Counted from the first letter of the stretch, positions 37,247 to 46,170 are shown. The stretch is 64,000 nucleotides of DNA from an uncultured Erysipelotrichaceae bacterium (GCA_902791935.1 CADAXQ010000001.1:105561-169560); one strand, 5' to 3'. The notes: a model not told the origin generated them from the sequence alone. Numbers and translations are program-made.

Positions 37247-38449
37247 ATGGCAAAATGCATGGCGGTCAATGCCGGTTCGTCTTCCATTAAGTACAAGCTT
37301 TACGAAATGCCCGAAGAAAAGGTCATTTGTTCGGGTCTTGTAGAACGGATCGGGCACGAAGACGCCCACTTCAACATCAAGTTCGACGGACAACGTCACG
37401 ATGATTATTTACCGATCGAAAATCATGCGGTCGGTGTCAAACTCATTCTCGATGCGTTAAAGAAATTCCACATTGTCGAAGACTTTGACGAAATCAAAGC
37501 CGTAGGCCACCGTGTGGTCCAAGGGGGCAAATACTTCGCAAAATCCGCGTATTTCAACGAAGACACCGAAGCAAAGATCAAGTCGTTAATCCCGCTTGAC
37601 CCCTTACACGCCCCAGCTCACTTAGTCGGTTTCCACGCCTTCCATGACGCGTTACCAAACGCCGTCACGATTGCCGTATTCGATACGGCTTATCACCAAA
37701 CGATGCAAGAAGAGGATTATCTGTTCCCGATTCCGTATGAAATGACGGAAAAATATGACTGCCGTCGTTATGGTGCGCATGGCACTTCGCACCACTACTT
37801 GGCCGATAAGACCATTCACGATTATGCGAATGGCGATGCCTCGAAACGCATCATCACCTGCCATTTAGGATCCGGCGCTTCCCTTTGCGCCATCAAAGAT
37901 GGCAAATGCGTTGCCACTTCCATGGGCCTTACCCCATTAGGTGGCGTCATGATGGGCACCCGTTCGGGTGACTTAGACCCATCGGTTGTTTATTACCTTT
38001 GCCAATGCACGGGCAAAAACGTCGAAGAAATGTACGATATTTTGAATAAGAAGTCTGGTTTCTTAGGCGTTTCTGGCATTTCCAACGATACGCGTGACGT
38101 CTTGGCTGCCGCCAAAAAAGGCGACAGACGCGCCATAACGGCCATTCATTTATGGGCGAGACGCGTCGCCGACTATATCGGTTCATATGTCATTCGTCTT
38201 GGTGGCGTCGATATCATCGTGTTCTCGGCTGGCGTCGGCGAAAATGCGCCGGATTATCGGAAGTTCGTCTTGGAAGATATCCAAGAAGCACTCGGTTTAT
38301 CGATTGACTGGGATATGAATGAGAAATTGTCGGGCGTTCAAGGCGTGATTTCGAAGCCGGATAGCAAAGTCCAAGTCGTTGTGATCCCAACCGACGAAGA
38401 AGTCATGATCGCCCGCGATTGCTATCGTGCCTTAAAAGGAGAACTTTGA
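37247..38449 (+). CDS. ackA: Acetate kinase
   Basis: 400 aa with AVNAGSSSIKYKLY, HRVVQGG and VFSAGVGENA motifs. Confidence 0.97.
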   Translation: MAKCMAVNAGSSSIKYKLYEMPEEKVICSGLVERIGHEDAHFNIKFDGQRHDDYLPIENHAVGVKLILDALKKFHIVEDFDEIKAVGHRVVQGGKYFAKSAYFNEDTEAKIKSLIPLDPLHAPAHLVGFHAFHDALPNAVTIAVFDTAYHQTMQEEDYLFPIPYEMTEKYDCRRYGAHGTSHHYLADKTIHDYANGDASKRIITCHLGSGASLCAIKDGKCVATSMGLTPLGGVMMGTRSGDLDPSVVYYLCQCTGKNVEEMYDILNKKSGFLGVSGISNDTRDVLAAAKKGDRRAITAIHLWARRVADYIGSYVIRLGGVDIIVFSAGVGENAPDYRKFVLEDIQEALGLSIDWDMNEKLSGVQGVISKPDSKVQVVVIPTDEEVMIARDCYRALKGEL

Positions 38450-39450
38450 TGTCGCTTGACCCCATCGTCCGTGCGTACGGAAAAGAATTAAAATCCGCGT
38501 ACCGCTACTTCTACGATTCCGTTAAGAAGTACGACCGCATCGTGGTGTTCCGTCATATTAAGCCCGATTTCGATGCTTTAGGCACCCAAATGGGGCTAGC
38601 CACATTTTTGAAGGATAACTTCCCGAATAAGGAAATCCATGTGGTCGGTGATAATCACGTCACCTTCACCCCACGCTTATTCCCCGAAATGGAACGGTTG
38701 AACGATGATTGGTTCAATACGCCATTTTTAGCCATCGTGGTCGACGTAGGTGACCATGAACGGATTGCCGATCCCCGTTACACCAAAGCGGAACGCATCT
38801 GCAAAATTGACCACCACCCTTGCAAAAAAGAAATCGCACCCCATCCGATTGTCGACTTAGAAAGTGCCGCTGCTGCTGAGTTAATGAGCGATGTCTTGCT
38901 CAAATTCAAAGGCATGACCTTATCAAAAGAAGCCGCCCATTACCTTTATATTGGGATCGTCGGAGATTCAGGCCGCTTCCTCTATTCTTCGACCTCTTCT
39001 CATACCTTTGCGATCGCACAGTCGCTTTTGTCGACCGGCATCGACATCAACTCCATTTATCTTGCGATGTACGAAAAGAAGGTTGATGACTTACGTGTCA
39101 TGGCCTATGTGCTAAATCACTTCTCGGTTACCCCGGGTGGCGTTGCGTACTACTTAATGCCGCAAAGCGTCCAAGACGAATTCAAACTCACTTCGGAGCA
39201 AGGTAAAAACAACGTGAATCTCTTCGCGAATATCGAAGGGATCAATGCTTGGTGCTCCATTACTGAGGATTCTGATCCCAAAGACCCTTGTTGGCGAATT
39301 TCGTTACGGAGCAAGGCCAAAGATATTTCGGGCGTTGCCACTAAGTGGCATGGCGGAGGCCACGCGCAAGCGTCGGGTGCCAAGATCAAAACCTTGGACG
39401 AACTGCCGGCATTCTTGTTTGACATGGACGCCTTGTTCCTTACAAAATAA
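38449..39450 (+). CDS. nrnA: DHH/DHHA1 phosphoesterase (NrnA-like oligoribonuclease / pAp phosphatase)
   Basis: DHH motifs (VVFRHIKPDFDALGT, DVGD, KIDHH) and DHHA1 GGGHAQASG. The start ATG at 38449 overlaps the ackA TGA (TGATG). Confidence 0.85.
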   Translation: MSLDPIVRAYGKELKSAYRYFYDSVKKYDRIVVFRHIKPDFDALGTQMGLATFLKDNFPNKEIHVVGDNHVTFTPRLFPEMERLNDDWFNTPFLAIVVDVGDHERIADPRYTKAERICKIDHHPCKKEIAPHPIVDLESAAAAELMSDVLLKFKGMTLSKEAAHYLYIGIVGDSGRFLYSSTSSHTFAIAQSLLSTGIDINSIYLAMYEKKVDDLRVMAYVLNHFSVTPGGVAYYLMPQSVQDEFKLTSEQGKNNVNLFANIEGINAWCSITEDSDPKDPCWRISLRSKAKDISGVATKWHGGGHAQASGAKIKTLDELPAFLFDMDALFLTK

Positions 39451-39471
39451 GCACCTTCGGGTGCTTTTTTG
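39450..39471. terminator. Bidirectional rho-independent terminator
   Basis: AGCACC-TTCG-GGTGCT is flanked by A-run and T-run, between convergent genes. Confidence 0.75.
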
Positions 39472-39479
39472 TTTGACCG

Positions 39480-39866
39480 TTAATCGATGCTACAAATCCG
39501 CGTCTCTTCAGAGGTGATAATCTCGCGCAGGGTCTTTCCGTCGATGACACAATGATCGAGAAGGTCATTGACGTCGTCATAGAGCCCTAGATAAATATCC
39601 GGGGTCAGTTCATAACGACCGCCGTGGTCCTCACAAGGGAGGCGATACACCTCAATATAATATCCATCTGGTTTGCCAAATTTCTTTCGAATTTGAGCAT
39701 AAGTCGCATCATCGGCGCTTTGATCGCGGGTCAGGCGATAAAAACGGCCATGATAAGTGAACTCCATGCCCCAGATGATGCCGTCATAAAGACTCGGAGC
39801 ATAAGCGTTTGTCTTGGTGAAGCCATCGATGAATTCTTCGATGTTGTTAAAATCTGCGTTTGCCAT
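39480..39866 (-). CDS. Hypothetical cytosolic protein (last gene of the PadR operon)
   Basis: 128-aa ORF with a 2-nt gap to the upstream membrane-protein gene. No recognisable motif. Confidence 0.55.
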   Translation of the reverse strand: MANADFNNIEEFIDGFTKTNAYAPSLYDGIIWGMEFTYHGRFYRLTRDQSADDATYAQIRKKFGKPDGYYIEVYRLPCEDHGGRYELTPDIYLGLYDDVNDLLDHCVIDGKTLREIITSEETRICSID

Positions 39867-39868
39867 AT

Positions 39869-40546
39869 CTATATTTTACCTTCTTTTTTCACTCGTCGTT
39901 TGTTTCGTAGGTATAATGCGAAGAAGACAATCATAGACGCCCATTCGTAGAAAACGTGTGGCAAAACCCGAACCATGGTCATGTAAACCACGCTGGGATC
40001 CTCACGCGATACCCGTTTAATAAAGTAAATGCCGGGGTAGTAATATTCATTCAAAGGAGCGATGTCAGCAGTCTCTCCATAAAACATAGAAAGACCGACT
40101 TCAACGAAGGAAATCGCTAAGGATAGTAAGAGCACAATCGTGCAAAGATAGTCTTCAAAAAACCGGCGTCTATTCGTAGCAAATAAATAAATTAACAAGG
40201 CACCAGAAAGTAAGAATTCCGCGAATAAATAAATGCTGAGGTTATCTGCAAACCCACCAAATGCATAGAAGACAAGCGGCTCAAGAAGGCTAAGAATCCA
40301 AAACACTCCGCAAGCAATTACTGGGAACAAATAGCGATTGCTAAAGCGTTGATAATTTTCTTCTATGGCTTTCCTTGCCGATTCTTTTGCCAGTTGTTTC
40401 GCTTCTTTTGGCGTGTTCCCATCAGCTAAAAATTGGGCGTACTCTTCTTGACAAGACTGGTTCAACTCATTCACCAAAGAGAGTCGATTTTGATTGCGTG
40501 TGGCTAATTCTTGATGAAAGAAAAAGCGAAAAACTGGGCATTGCAC
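39869..40546 (-). CDS. PadR-associated multi-pass membrane protein (DUF1700/HAAS-like architecture)
   Basis: 225 aa with a soluble helical N-terminal ~70 aa followed by 4-5 TM segments, directly downstream of padR. The start is a GTG. A GGAGG-supported ATG 4 nt upstream is out of frame (see findings). Confidence 0.6.
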   Translation of the reverse strand: MQCPVFRFFFHQELATRNQNRLSLVNELNQSCQEEYAQFLADGNTPKEAKQLAKESARKAIEENYQRFSNRYLFPVIACGVFWILSLLEPLVFYAFGGFADNLSIYLFAEFLLSGALLIYLFATNRRRFFEDYLCTIVLLLSLAISFVEVGLSMFYGETADIAPLNEYYYPGIYFIKRVSREDPSVVYMTMVRVLPHVFYEWASMIVFFALYLRNKRRVKKEGKI

Positions 40547-40585
40547 TCATGGTTTGTCCTCCTGAATAAAGAGCTGCAAATCATG

Positions 40586-40885
40586 TCAGGCCTCTAAGGC
40601 ATGGGGCCGTTCTTGTGCTAACCACTGCTTTCCTTCTAATGTTAAGGAATAGCGTTTCCGTTTGACGCCGTTGACGTTCTTTTCGTTATGATGGAAGATG
40701 AAACCTCTTTGCTCTAAGTTATCCATCAGCAATAATAGAGAGGGATGAGATAAGGAAAAGCAGCCATTGCTTCTTTCTTTGATGGTTTTGCAAATCTGAT
40801 AAACGTAGTCATCGTGCTCTTCGAGTAACGAAAGCACGATCACTGCGCTAAAACCGCGAAACATCTCTGAGCGATTGCTTTCCAT
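40586..40885 (-). CDS. PadR-family transcriptional regulator
   Basis: wHTH pattern FSAVIVLSLLEEHDDYVYQICKTIKE...SLSHPSLLLLMDNLEQRGFI...KRKRYSLTLEGKQWL. Start set at MESNRSEMF (40885). Confidence 0.8.
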   Translation of the reverse strand: MESNRSEMFRGFSAVIVLSLLEEHDDYVYQICKTIKERSNGCFSLSHPSLLLLMDNLEQRGFIFHHNEKNVNGVKRKRYSLTLEGKQWLAQERPHALEA

Positions 40886-41095
40886 ATGTAGGCTACCTTT
40901 ATATCGTAACAATTTCATGCCTTGCTGATGGCTGCAACCTTAACGTTTATTTTTTGTTTCTTTTTACCACGCAAAATATGGGGCAAAACGCCAATGTAGC
41001 GATATTTTTCGTTGCTTCTTTTGCTTTTTTCATCCCGTTCGCAATCACCCTCTTCCTTTGGAAAGCGTGTCTTAACGCCTATAATAAAGAATCGT

Positions 41096-42553
41096 ATGAG
41101 CACTTTTGAAATTTCTGATCAATATTTATTCGATTTAGCCGCCATCCAAAGCGATATTGGGGAGTTCACATTATTATTAGAGGCTTCCCAAAACTTGCTA
41201 TTCCAGCTTTATGAAGGAAGACGGAAACTACACGTCAAAGGTTATCAAACCATCGCGATCACCCCTTCTTATGAAGCCCGTTATTTCGTCGATGGGACAA
41301 GATTTCGTTTAGATGCCTTAAATGCCTACCATGAAGGGTTTCACTCCGAAGCCATCCCTAATCCACCCATCGCCGACACCCATGGTTCCTTGCTAGAACT
41401 TGCGAATGCCGACTACGCCTACCACTACCACGACGCCTTAACGAAATTCTTCGATGATACGCCGACGATTCCCGCTTTCTTAAAACGACTCTTTGACCAT
41501 ATGCCGTCCGCGTTACGGGCCAAATTCACGTTACAAAACGAAATGAAGCCAAAACGTTACGAAGAAGCATTGCAAAGTGAGAAACGGAAGCTTGAAAAAG
41601 AAGAGAAGATCAAGGCATCTGAGCAACCGACGGCAAAACCGCTAGAGAAGGTCACCCCTGCAAAACCCGTTATCAAACGAGTGCCGAAACCTATCACTAA
41701 ACCTGTTGTCAAGAAGGTAGCGCCGATTTCTTATGACGCCCAAGAAGAGCAAGGGTTAGAGACGTTACGGCAAGAAAAAGCCCGTAGTGAAGAATTAGCC
41801 CGCCGTATGAAAGCCCGGATTGGGGTGCACTATGGCTGGGAAGAATGCCAAATCCAAGGAGAGAATGCCGACGAGATGTTAACGGCACTTGACCGTAAGA
41901 TTCGGAAGAAAGGGCTAAAAGACGAAGATCATTCTTGGATTGTGGTTGCCACCTATGAAGTAAGCGATGAGGACTTTGCCACCCTTTATGCGCATTATCC
42001 ACATCACACGTTCCGTAGCGATGATATCGCGCATAAACCAAATCCTCTTTATGTCGAAACGGCCATGGTTGTTTCGCCTTTACTAAGGCGAGCCTCTGCC
42101 CCCGAAACAAAACGGGTGCAAAGCAAGACGGCCGTCTTCCAAAGCCATGCCCCAACGCCATTAGAACATCTTGTTGACACGGAAGATTGGGATGAAGACG
42201 AGCCCGAAGAATCCGATGAATGGGGCGAAAGAACCGGCGATAGCACCTTTCACCCCTTTGTTCAAAAACATAAGCAGGCATCGGTAAATCTTGCCGCCAT
42301 GGAATCCACTTCTCTCCGGATTAATAACGATGCTTTGTTGCCAGAAGAAGAAACCGGCGATGAAACAAGTACGATGCCAAGCGATCCTTTGGCTCCCGAA
42401 GTACAAGAAGAACCGATTCCGAAACGCTGGAAATGTCCATTCTGCCCGTCAAGAAATCCCTGGCATACGGAAACCCCGGCCAAAATCATTACAAAAGACG
42501 ATGGAGAACGAGTCTATCTCTGCGCCAAACATAAAAACGCGTATCGAGGCTGA
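41096..42553 (+). CDS. Hypothetical protein, largely low-complexity, with a C-terminal zinc ribbon
   Basis: The long ORF has an ATG at 41096, 10 nt after TATAAT (41080-41085); TTGGAA lies 16 nt upstream of that. The middle is K/P/E-rich and the C-terminus is acidic. It ends WKCPFCPSRNPWH...YLCAKHKNAY. The track start at 41012 is a TTG with no support. Confidence 0.6.
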   Translation: MSTFEISDQYLFDLAAIQSDIGEFTLLLEASQNLLFQLYEGRRKLHVKGYQTIAITPSYEARYFVDGTRFRLDALNAYHEGFHSEAIPNPPIADTHGSLLELANADYAYHYHDALTKFFDDTPTIPAFLKRLFDHMPSALRAKFTLQNEMKPKRYEEALQSEKRKLEKEEKIKASEQPTAKPLEKVTPAKPVIKRVPKPITKPVVKKVAPISYDAQEEQGLETLRQEKARSEELARRMKARIGVHYGWEECQIQGENADEMLTALDRKIRKKGLKDEDHSWIVVATYEVSDEDFATLYAHYPHHTFRSDDIAHKPNPLYVETAMVVSPLLRRASAPETKRVQSKTAVFQSHAPTPLEHLVDTEDWDEDEPEESDEWGERTGDSTFHPFVQKHKQASVNLAAMESTSLRINNDALLPEEETGDETSTMPSDPLAPEVQEEPIPKRWKCPFCPSRNPWHTETPAKIITKDDGERVYLCAKHKNAYRG

Positions 42554-42569
42554 TACGCGTTTCTTTTTG
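42535..42569. terminator. Bidirectional terminator between convergent genes
   Basis: An 11-bp perfect inverted repeat AAACGCGTATC / GATACGCGTTT is flanked by an A-run and CTTTTT. Confidence 0.75.
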
Positions 42570-42575
42570 ATTAGA

Positions 42576-43250
42576 TTAATTGACTTTATAACGAATTAAG
42601 TCGGCGGGCGTAATGACGCCGAGTAATGCTTCGTCGCGTTTGCCATTTTCCGTGACAAGAATTAAGCCAACACGATGCTTTGATTCCGATAATGTGGCAA
42701 AGATTTCACTGGCTTCATAGGCTGGTTCTTTTCTAGATAAGAACACATAACCGTGCGAATGTTCTTTGTCTAAAGCAAAATGGGATGACAAGAAATCATC
42801 GACGAGGAGTTCTCGTGGGAACTTCGTGCGGATAACGAGCAAATCGAGGATATCATTCGCCGAAATGACGCCGAGCACGGATTTGTCGTTTTCTAAGATG
42901 GGAAGATAAGTGAGGTCATTCTCGCTCATGAGTTCCAAGGCATCATGAAACGGCATGGAAGGTCGACCCGCGATGATTTTCTTGGAAGTGATGTCATAAA
43001 CAGAACGACCCATCTCTTTTTGAATGCGGATGATATCTTCCACGACCGCGCTAGAGACGGCCACGCAGTCTTTGGCCTTATAGGCTTCGTGGGACAAGAA
43101 GTTACGAATTTGCCGGAATCCTTCGAATTCGCGGGAGTATTTACGTTGATAGAACGCATACTCTTCAGGAGCCATATCGCGAATCGATTCCAATTCGCGG
43201 TAATAGCGAAGAAACGTTTCAGTTAACGCTTCGTTGTATTCAATCTTCAT
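42576..43250 (-). CDS. CBS-pair protein with an N-terminal helical domain carrying an Rx4H (HEPN-like) motif
   Basis: 224 aa. Residues ~90-224 form two CBS motifs (VLGVISANDILDLL, LLGVITPADLIRY). Residues 1-85 are helical, with FRQIRNFLSHEAY (R49-H54, encoded at 43089-43106). Confidence 0.75.
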   Translation of the reverse strand: MKIEYNEALTETFLRYYRELESIRDMAPEEYAFYQRKYSREFEGFRQIRNFLSHEAYKAKDCVAVSSAVVEDIIRIQKEMGRSVYDITSKKIIAGRPSMPFHDALELMSENDLTYLPILENDKSVLGVISANDILDLLVIRTKFPRELLVDDFLSSHFALDKEHSHGYVFLSRKEPAYEASEIFATLSESKHRVGLILVTENGKRDEALLGVITPADLIRYKVN

Positions 43251-43305
43251 ATTCTTAGCATAGCGCTTCTTGCATTAAAGCGCATTTTCTTTTAGGCTTA
43301 AAGCC

Positions 43306-43803
43306 ATGAAATTACCGACTTATAACAAAGAAGAAAAGAAAGCAATCGGCATTTATTGCGGTGAGCTTTTGGTCTTCGCGATTGTCTTTGGGGTCTTAGG
43401 CATTCTGTTCTTGCTTTCCGTCATTGGCGTAAGCGATTGGAAACGTTATGCGTTTACCTATGTCACCTTGATTGGGGGATTATGGCCGATTGCCGACTTC
43501 TTCTGGACGTTATTCTCTAAGAAGCATCGGGCCGCGAACTCCTTGGTGGATAAAGTCTTGGCCTTACCGGCACCATTCGTCACCATCCCATTTGATATCT
43601 GGATGTTAATCCAAGGCATTCCGAACGTCGATGTCAATGTCTATCGTTACTTGATTGGTTCCATCTTCTGCTACTTCGCATTGGTGTACCTCTTTGAATG
43701 CGTCTACCACTACTTCGTTCCGATTCCGGGATTATTAGAAGCCGACGAAAAAGAAGAAAAGCCAGCAGAACCGACGGACAACACGCCGAAAGATCAACAA
43801 TAA
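43306..43803 (+). CDS. Hypothetical 4-TM membrane protein
   Basis: 165 aa with four hydrophobic segments and an acidic C-terminal tail. It is divergent from the CBS protein. Confidence 0.6.
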   Translation: MKLPTYNKEEKKAIGIYCGELLVFAIVFGVLGILFLLSVIGVSDWKRYAFTYVTLIGGLWPIADFFWTLFSKKHRAANSLVDKVLALPAPFVTIPFDIWMLIQGIPNVDVNVYRYLIGSIFCYFALVYLFECVYHYFVPIPGLLEADEKEEKPAEPTDNTPKDQQ

Positions 43804-43810
43804 AACAGAA

Positions 43811-43838
43811 AACGCGCCCCAAATGAGACGCGTTTTTT
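43811..43838 (+). terminator. Rho-independent terminator
   Basis: AACGCG-loop-CGCGTT followed by TTTTTT. Confidence 0.65.
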
Positions 43839-43940
43839 GATATTACCCCCAGCGTTTCTTTTTTTCTAGACAGTCAGAGGTTTTGCCGATTGCTTTTTTT
43901 CACAAACCAACATCCACCGTTTTCAAAAAATAATGCTGAC

Positions 43941-44909
43941 TCATTTTGTGAGATTGCGATTGCGGATGTTGTTACATTTCCAAATCGCCATCGGATGATT
44001 ACCGATGCGAGAAAGTATATTTTCATCTTGGAAAAGTAATTCTGGATGGTACTCACCTTGACGAAATGATGTCCAGAAAGAAAGTTCCCGTACGTCAGGC
44101 GTCAAAATTTTTTGCAGGTAGGACGTGGCTTGCTCTTGTGCTTTCTCGGCGTCAAACCAAGTACCACTTTTCAACACGGGAACTAAATCGGTTTTGACTT
44201 GATATTGGGTAACGGAAGAAATCCGTTCGAAATCAAAACGCTCTGGAATGGTGTCAGAACCGATTGCGCTATAAAACATGACGCACTTTTTTAGCATCGG
44301 TTCTTGAGATTTATCAAATAACTCGTTCTTTATCATGGTCTGTATATCATAGAGGTCTCTCGGAGCTGCCCGATTTAAGAGAGCAACGATTTTTGAACCG
44401 TATATTTCTAGTGGATCAACGCACAACACACTGATTTCCTGCTTCAGCCAAGGCAGTTTGATTGCCCTTCGCTTCGGTTTCAAGACGTGACAGCGAAGCA
44501 TGTAATTGATTTCAATTTTAAGGTTATCTTTCACGCCGCCACTATTCTGATAATCATAGACGAAAGAATCCAAAGCATAATAATTTTTGGATTTATCGCT
44601 TATGAGGTATCCTTGGGCATTCATGTATTTATGGATCCGTTCGGTGATTAGTTTTCGCGTCGCCAACATTTCTTCCCGCGAAACGTTATTTGAAAAATCC
44701 AGATCAATATCGACTGACAAACGAGGTAAATCAAAGATTGTCAGGTTGATCGCAGTTCCGCCTTTTAATGCCAGCGAATCAGCAAGCAAAGGATCTTTTT
44801 GTATGAAGCCCAGGATAGAAACTAAACGACATACTTTTTCGAAAGTATCTCGCACAAATCCTAATTCCTTGGCTTGTCTTCCTAAAATGATTCGTTCAAA
44901 TTGCGTCAT
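43941..44909 (-). CDS. abiEii: AbiEii/AbiGii-family nucleotidyltransferase toxin (DUF1814)
   Basis: 322 aa with N-terminal NTase motifs LALKGGTAINL and RLSVDIDLDF. It overlaps the upstream antitoxin gene by 14 nt. Confidence 0.85.
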   Translation of the reverse strand: MTQFERIILGRQAKELGFVRDTFEKVCRLVSILGFIQKDPLLADSLALKGGTAINLTIFDLPRLSVDIDLDFSNNVSREEMLATRKLITERIHKYMNAQGYLISDKSKNYYALDSFVYDYQNSGGVKDNLKIEINYMLRCHVLKPKRRAIKLPWLKQEISVLCVDPLEIYGSKIVALLNRAAPRDLYDIQTMIKNELFDKSQEPMLKKCVMFYSAIGSDTIPERFDFERISSVTQYQVKTDLVPVLKSGTWFDAEKAQEQATSYLQKILTPDVRELSFWTSFRQGEYHPELLFQDENILSRIGNHPMAIWKCNNIRNRNLTK

Positions 44910-45657
44910 TGTATTCCACTCCTTTGTGAATCAGATTCATCAGGTTTTCCGGCGCATAGAGTCTCCAATCTGGCTGCCAAAATAACCCCTTTCTTTGCTT
45001 TAGCAAATAAGATTTCCCTTTCGGAAGATGCTGTTTGCAAAGTTTGAAAAAATTCTTCGAAAGACCGAGGCTACTGGCAAAATAAGAGAGGATATAACCG
45101 GTTTTCTGATAAAGAAACCCGTTGTCGTATTCGGCAAGGAAACGAGAAAGAGCAGTTTCATCTAAAGTCGGGATTAAAGCAAGGCACCGTAATAGTTCCT
45201 CTAACCCACCGATTTTCTCGAACTGATCCACGGAATCAATGACCGTTCGTTCCAGTGTAGTGACCCGGGTTCCGTTTATGATAGTGACACCATCTTTGAT
45301 TTTCGGAGTCACCCGTCGGTAGGTTACTCCTCCATAGCGAAAATCGCGGAACCGACTTTCGCTAATTACCTGCATCTCATAAAAAACCTGGTTACTGAAG
45401 CCATAGAATTCGAAGGCACTATGATACGAAACAGTAGCATCGGGAAAAATATGGGAAGCAATGACGTACCGATTCGGAATCGGTTGATGGGTCTCCAAGC
45501 TGATCGTCACATAGAGATTGTGCTTGACCCGTTCAATATAGCCTTTCTTTAGATATTCTTGGCAAACCCATTTGGCGGCTGTTTCATGACCCGTTAATTT
45601 GACCAAATCCTTGATTGCGAAACAGCCTAAGTCCACTAATTCTTGATAGTATTTCAT
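44896..45657 (-). CDS. abiEi: AbiEi-family type IV antitoxin / transcriptional regulator
   Basis: N-terminal wHTH (FAIKDLVKLTGHETAAKWVCQEYLKKGYIERVKHNLYV) and C-terminal AbiEi domain. Start taken at ATG 45657; the track uses a TTG at 45699. Confidence 0.78.
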   Translation of the reverse strand: MKYYQELVDLGCFAIKDLVKLTGHETAAKWVCQEYLKKGYIERVKHNLYVTISLETHQPIPNRYVIASHIFPDATVSYHSAFEFYGFSNQVFYEMQVISESRFRDFRYGGVTYRRVTPKIKDGVTIINGTRVTTLERTVIDSVDQFEKIGGLEELLRCLALIPTLDETALSRFLAEYDNGFLYQKTGYILSYFASSLGLSKNFFKLCKQHLPKGKSYLLKQRKGLFWQPDWRLYAPENLMNLIHKGVEYNDAI

Positions 45658-45858
45658 ATGTTCTGTATATAGATTTGCACAAAACGATAGTTTTTTCAAT
45701 CCTATTGTGTAATTTTAACTACGAATCAGCGTTTTGTGAAAATACGCGATGAGCTCATTCGATCCCGCCATTTTTTTATCCGTGGCGTTCATCAGACCGC
45801 AAATGACGCAAAGTGAGAGAATAAATATTCTTAAAGCAGTAAGAACGTCATCTCGGCC

Positions 45859-46170
45859 ATGAAGTTTTTCCGGATGCCCTGCCCCGCCCTCACTGGCGTT
45901 TATTACCAGGAAGCCATGGCGAACTGGCTATCGATAACGTTCGTGAATTGGTCCGCCAATCCAATGAATGAGAATTTCAATTTCTATCTGAAGAAAAGGG
46001 AAGGGAGCTACCGTGAGGTAACAAGAATGGTGATTCCTAACGGCACCACGGAAATCAAAAACTGTGCTTTCTGGTATTTCCATAACGTCACTTCGCTCAC
46101 CATGCCCACTTCCGTCACAAGCATCGGAGCAAAGTTACGAGGGATGCCACTTTGTTTCGATAGACGATAA
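45859..46170 (+). pseudogene. Fragment of a BspA-type leucine-rich-repeat surface protein
   Basis: 103-aa ORF containing YYQEAMANWLSITFVNW and IPNGTTEIKNCAFWYFHNVTSLTMPTSVTSIG, about 1.5 LRR units. There is no signal peptide and no further repeats, so it is probably a remnant. Confidence 0.4.

Noticed and set aside
40915-41103. 62-aa minus-strand ORF between padR and the 485-aa gene
   Set aside because: It lies across the divergent promoter region, has no SD and is a highly basic low-complexity sequence. It is likely non-coding.
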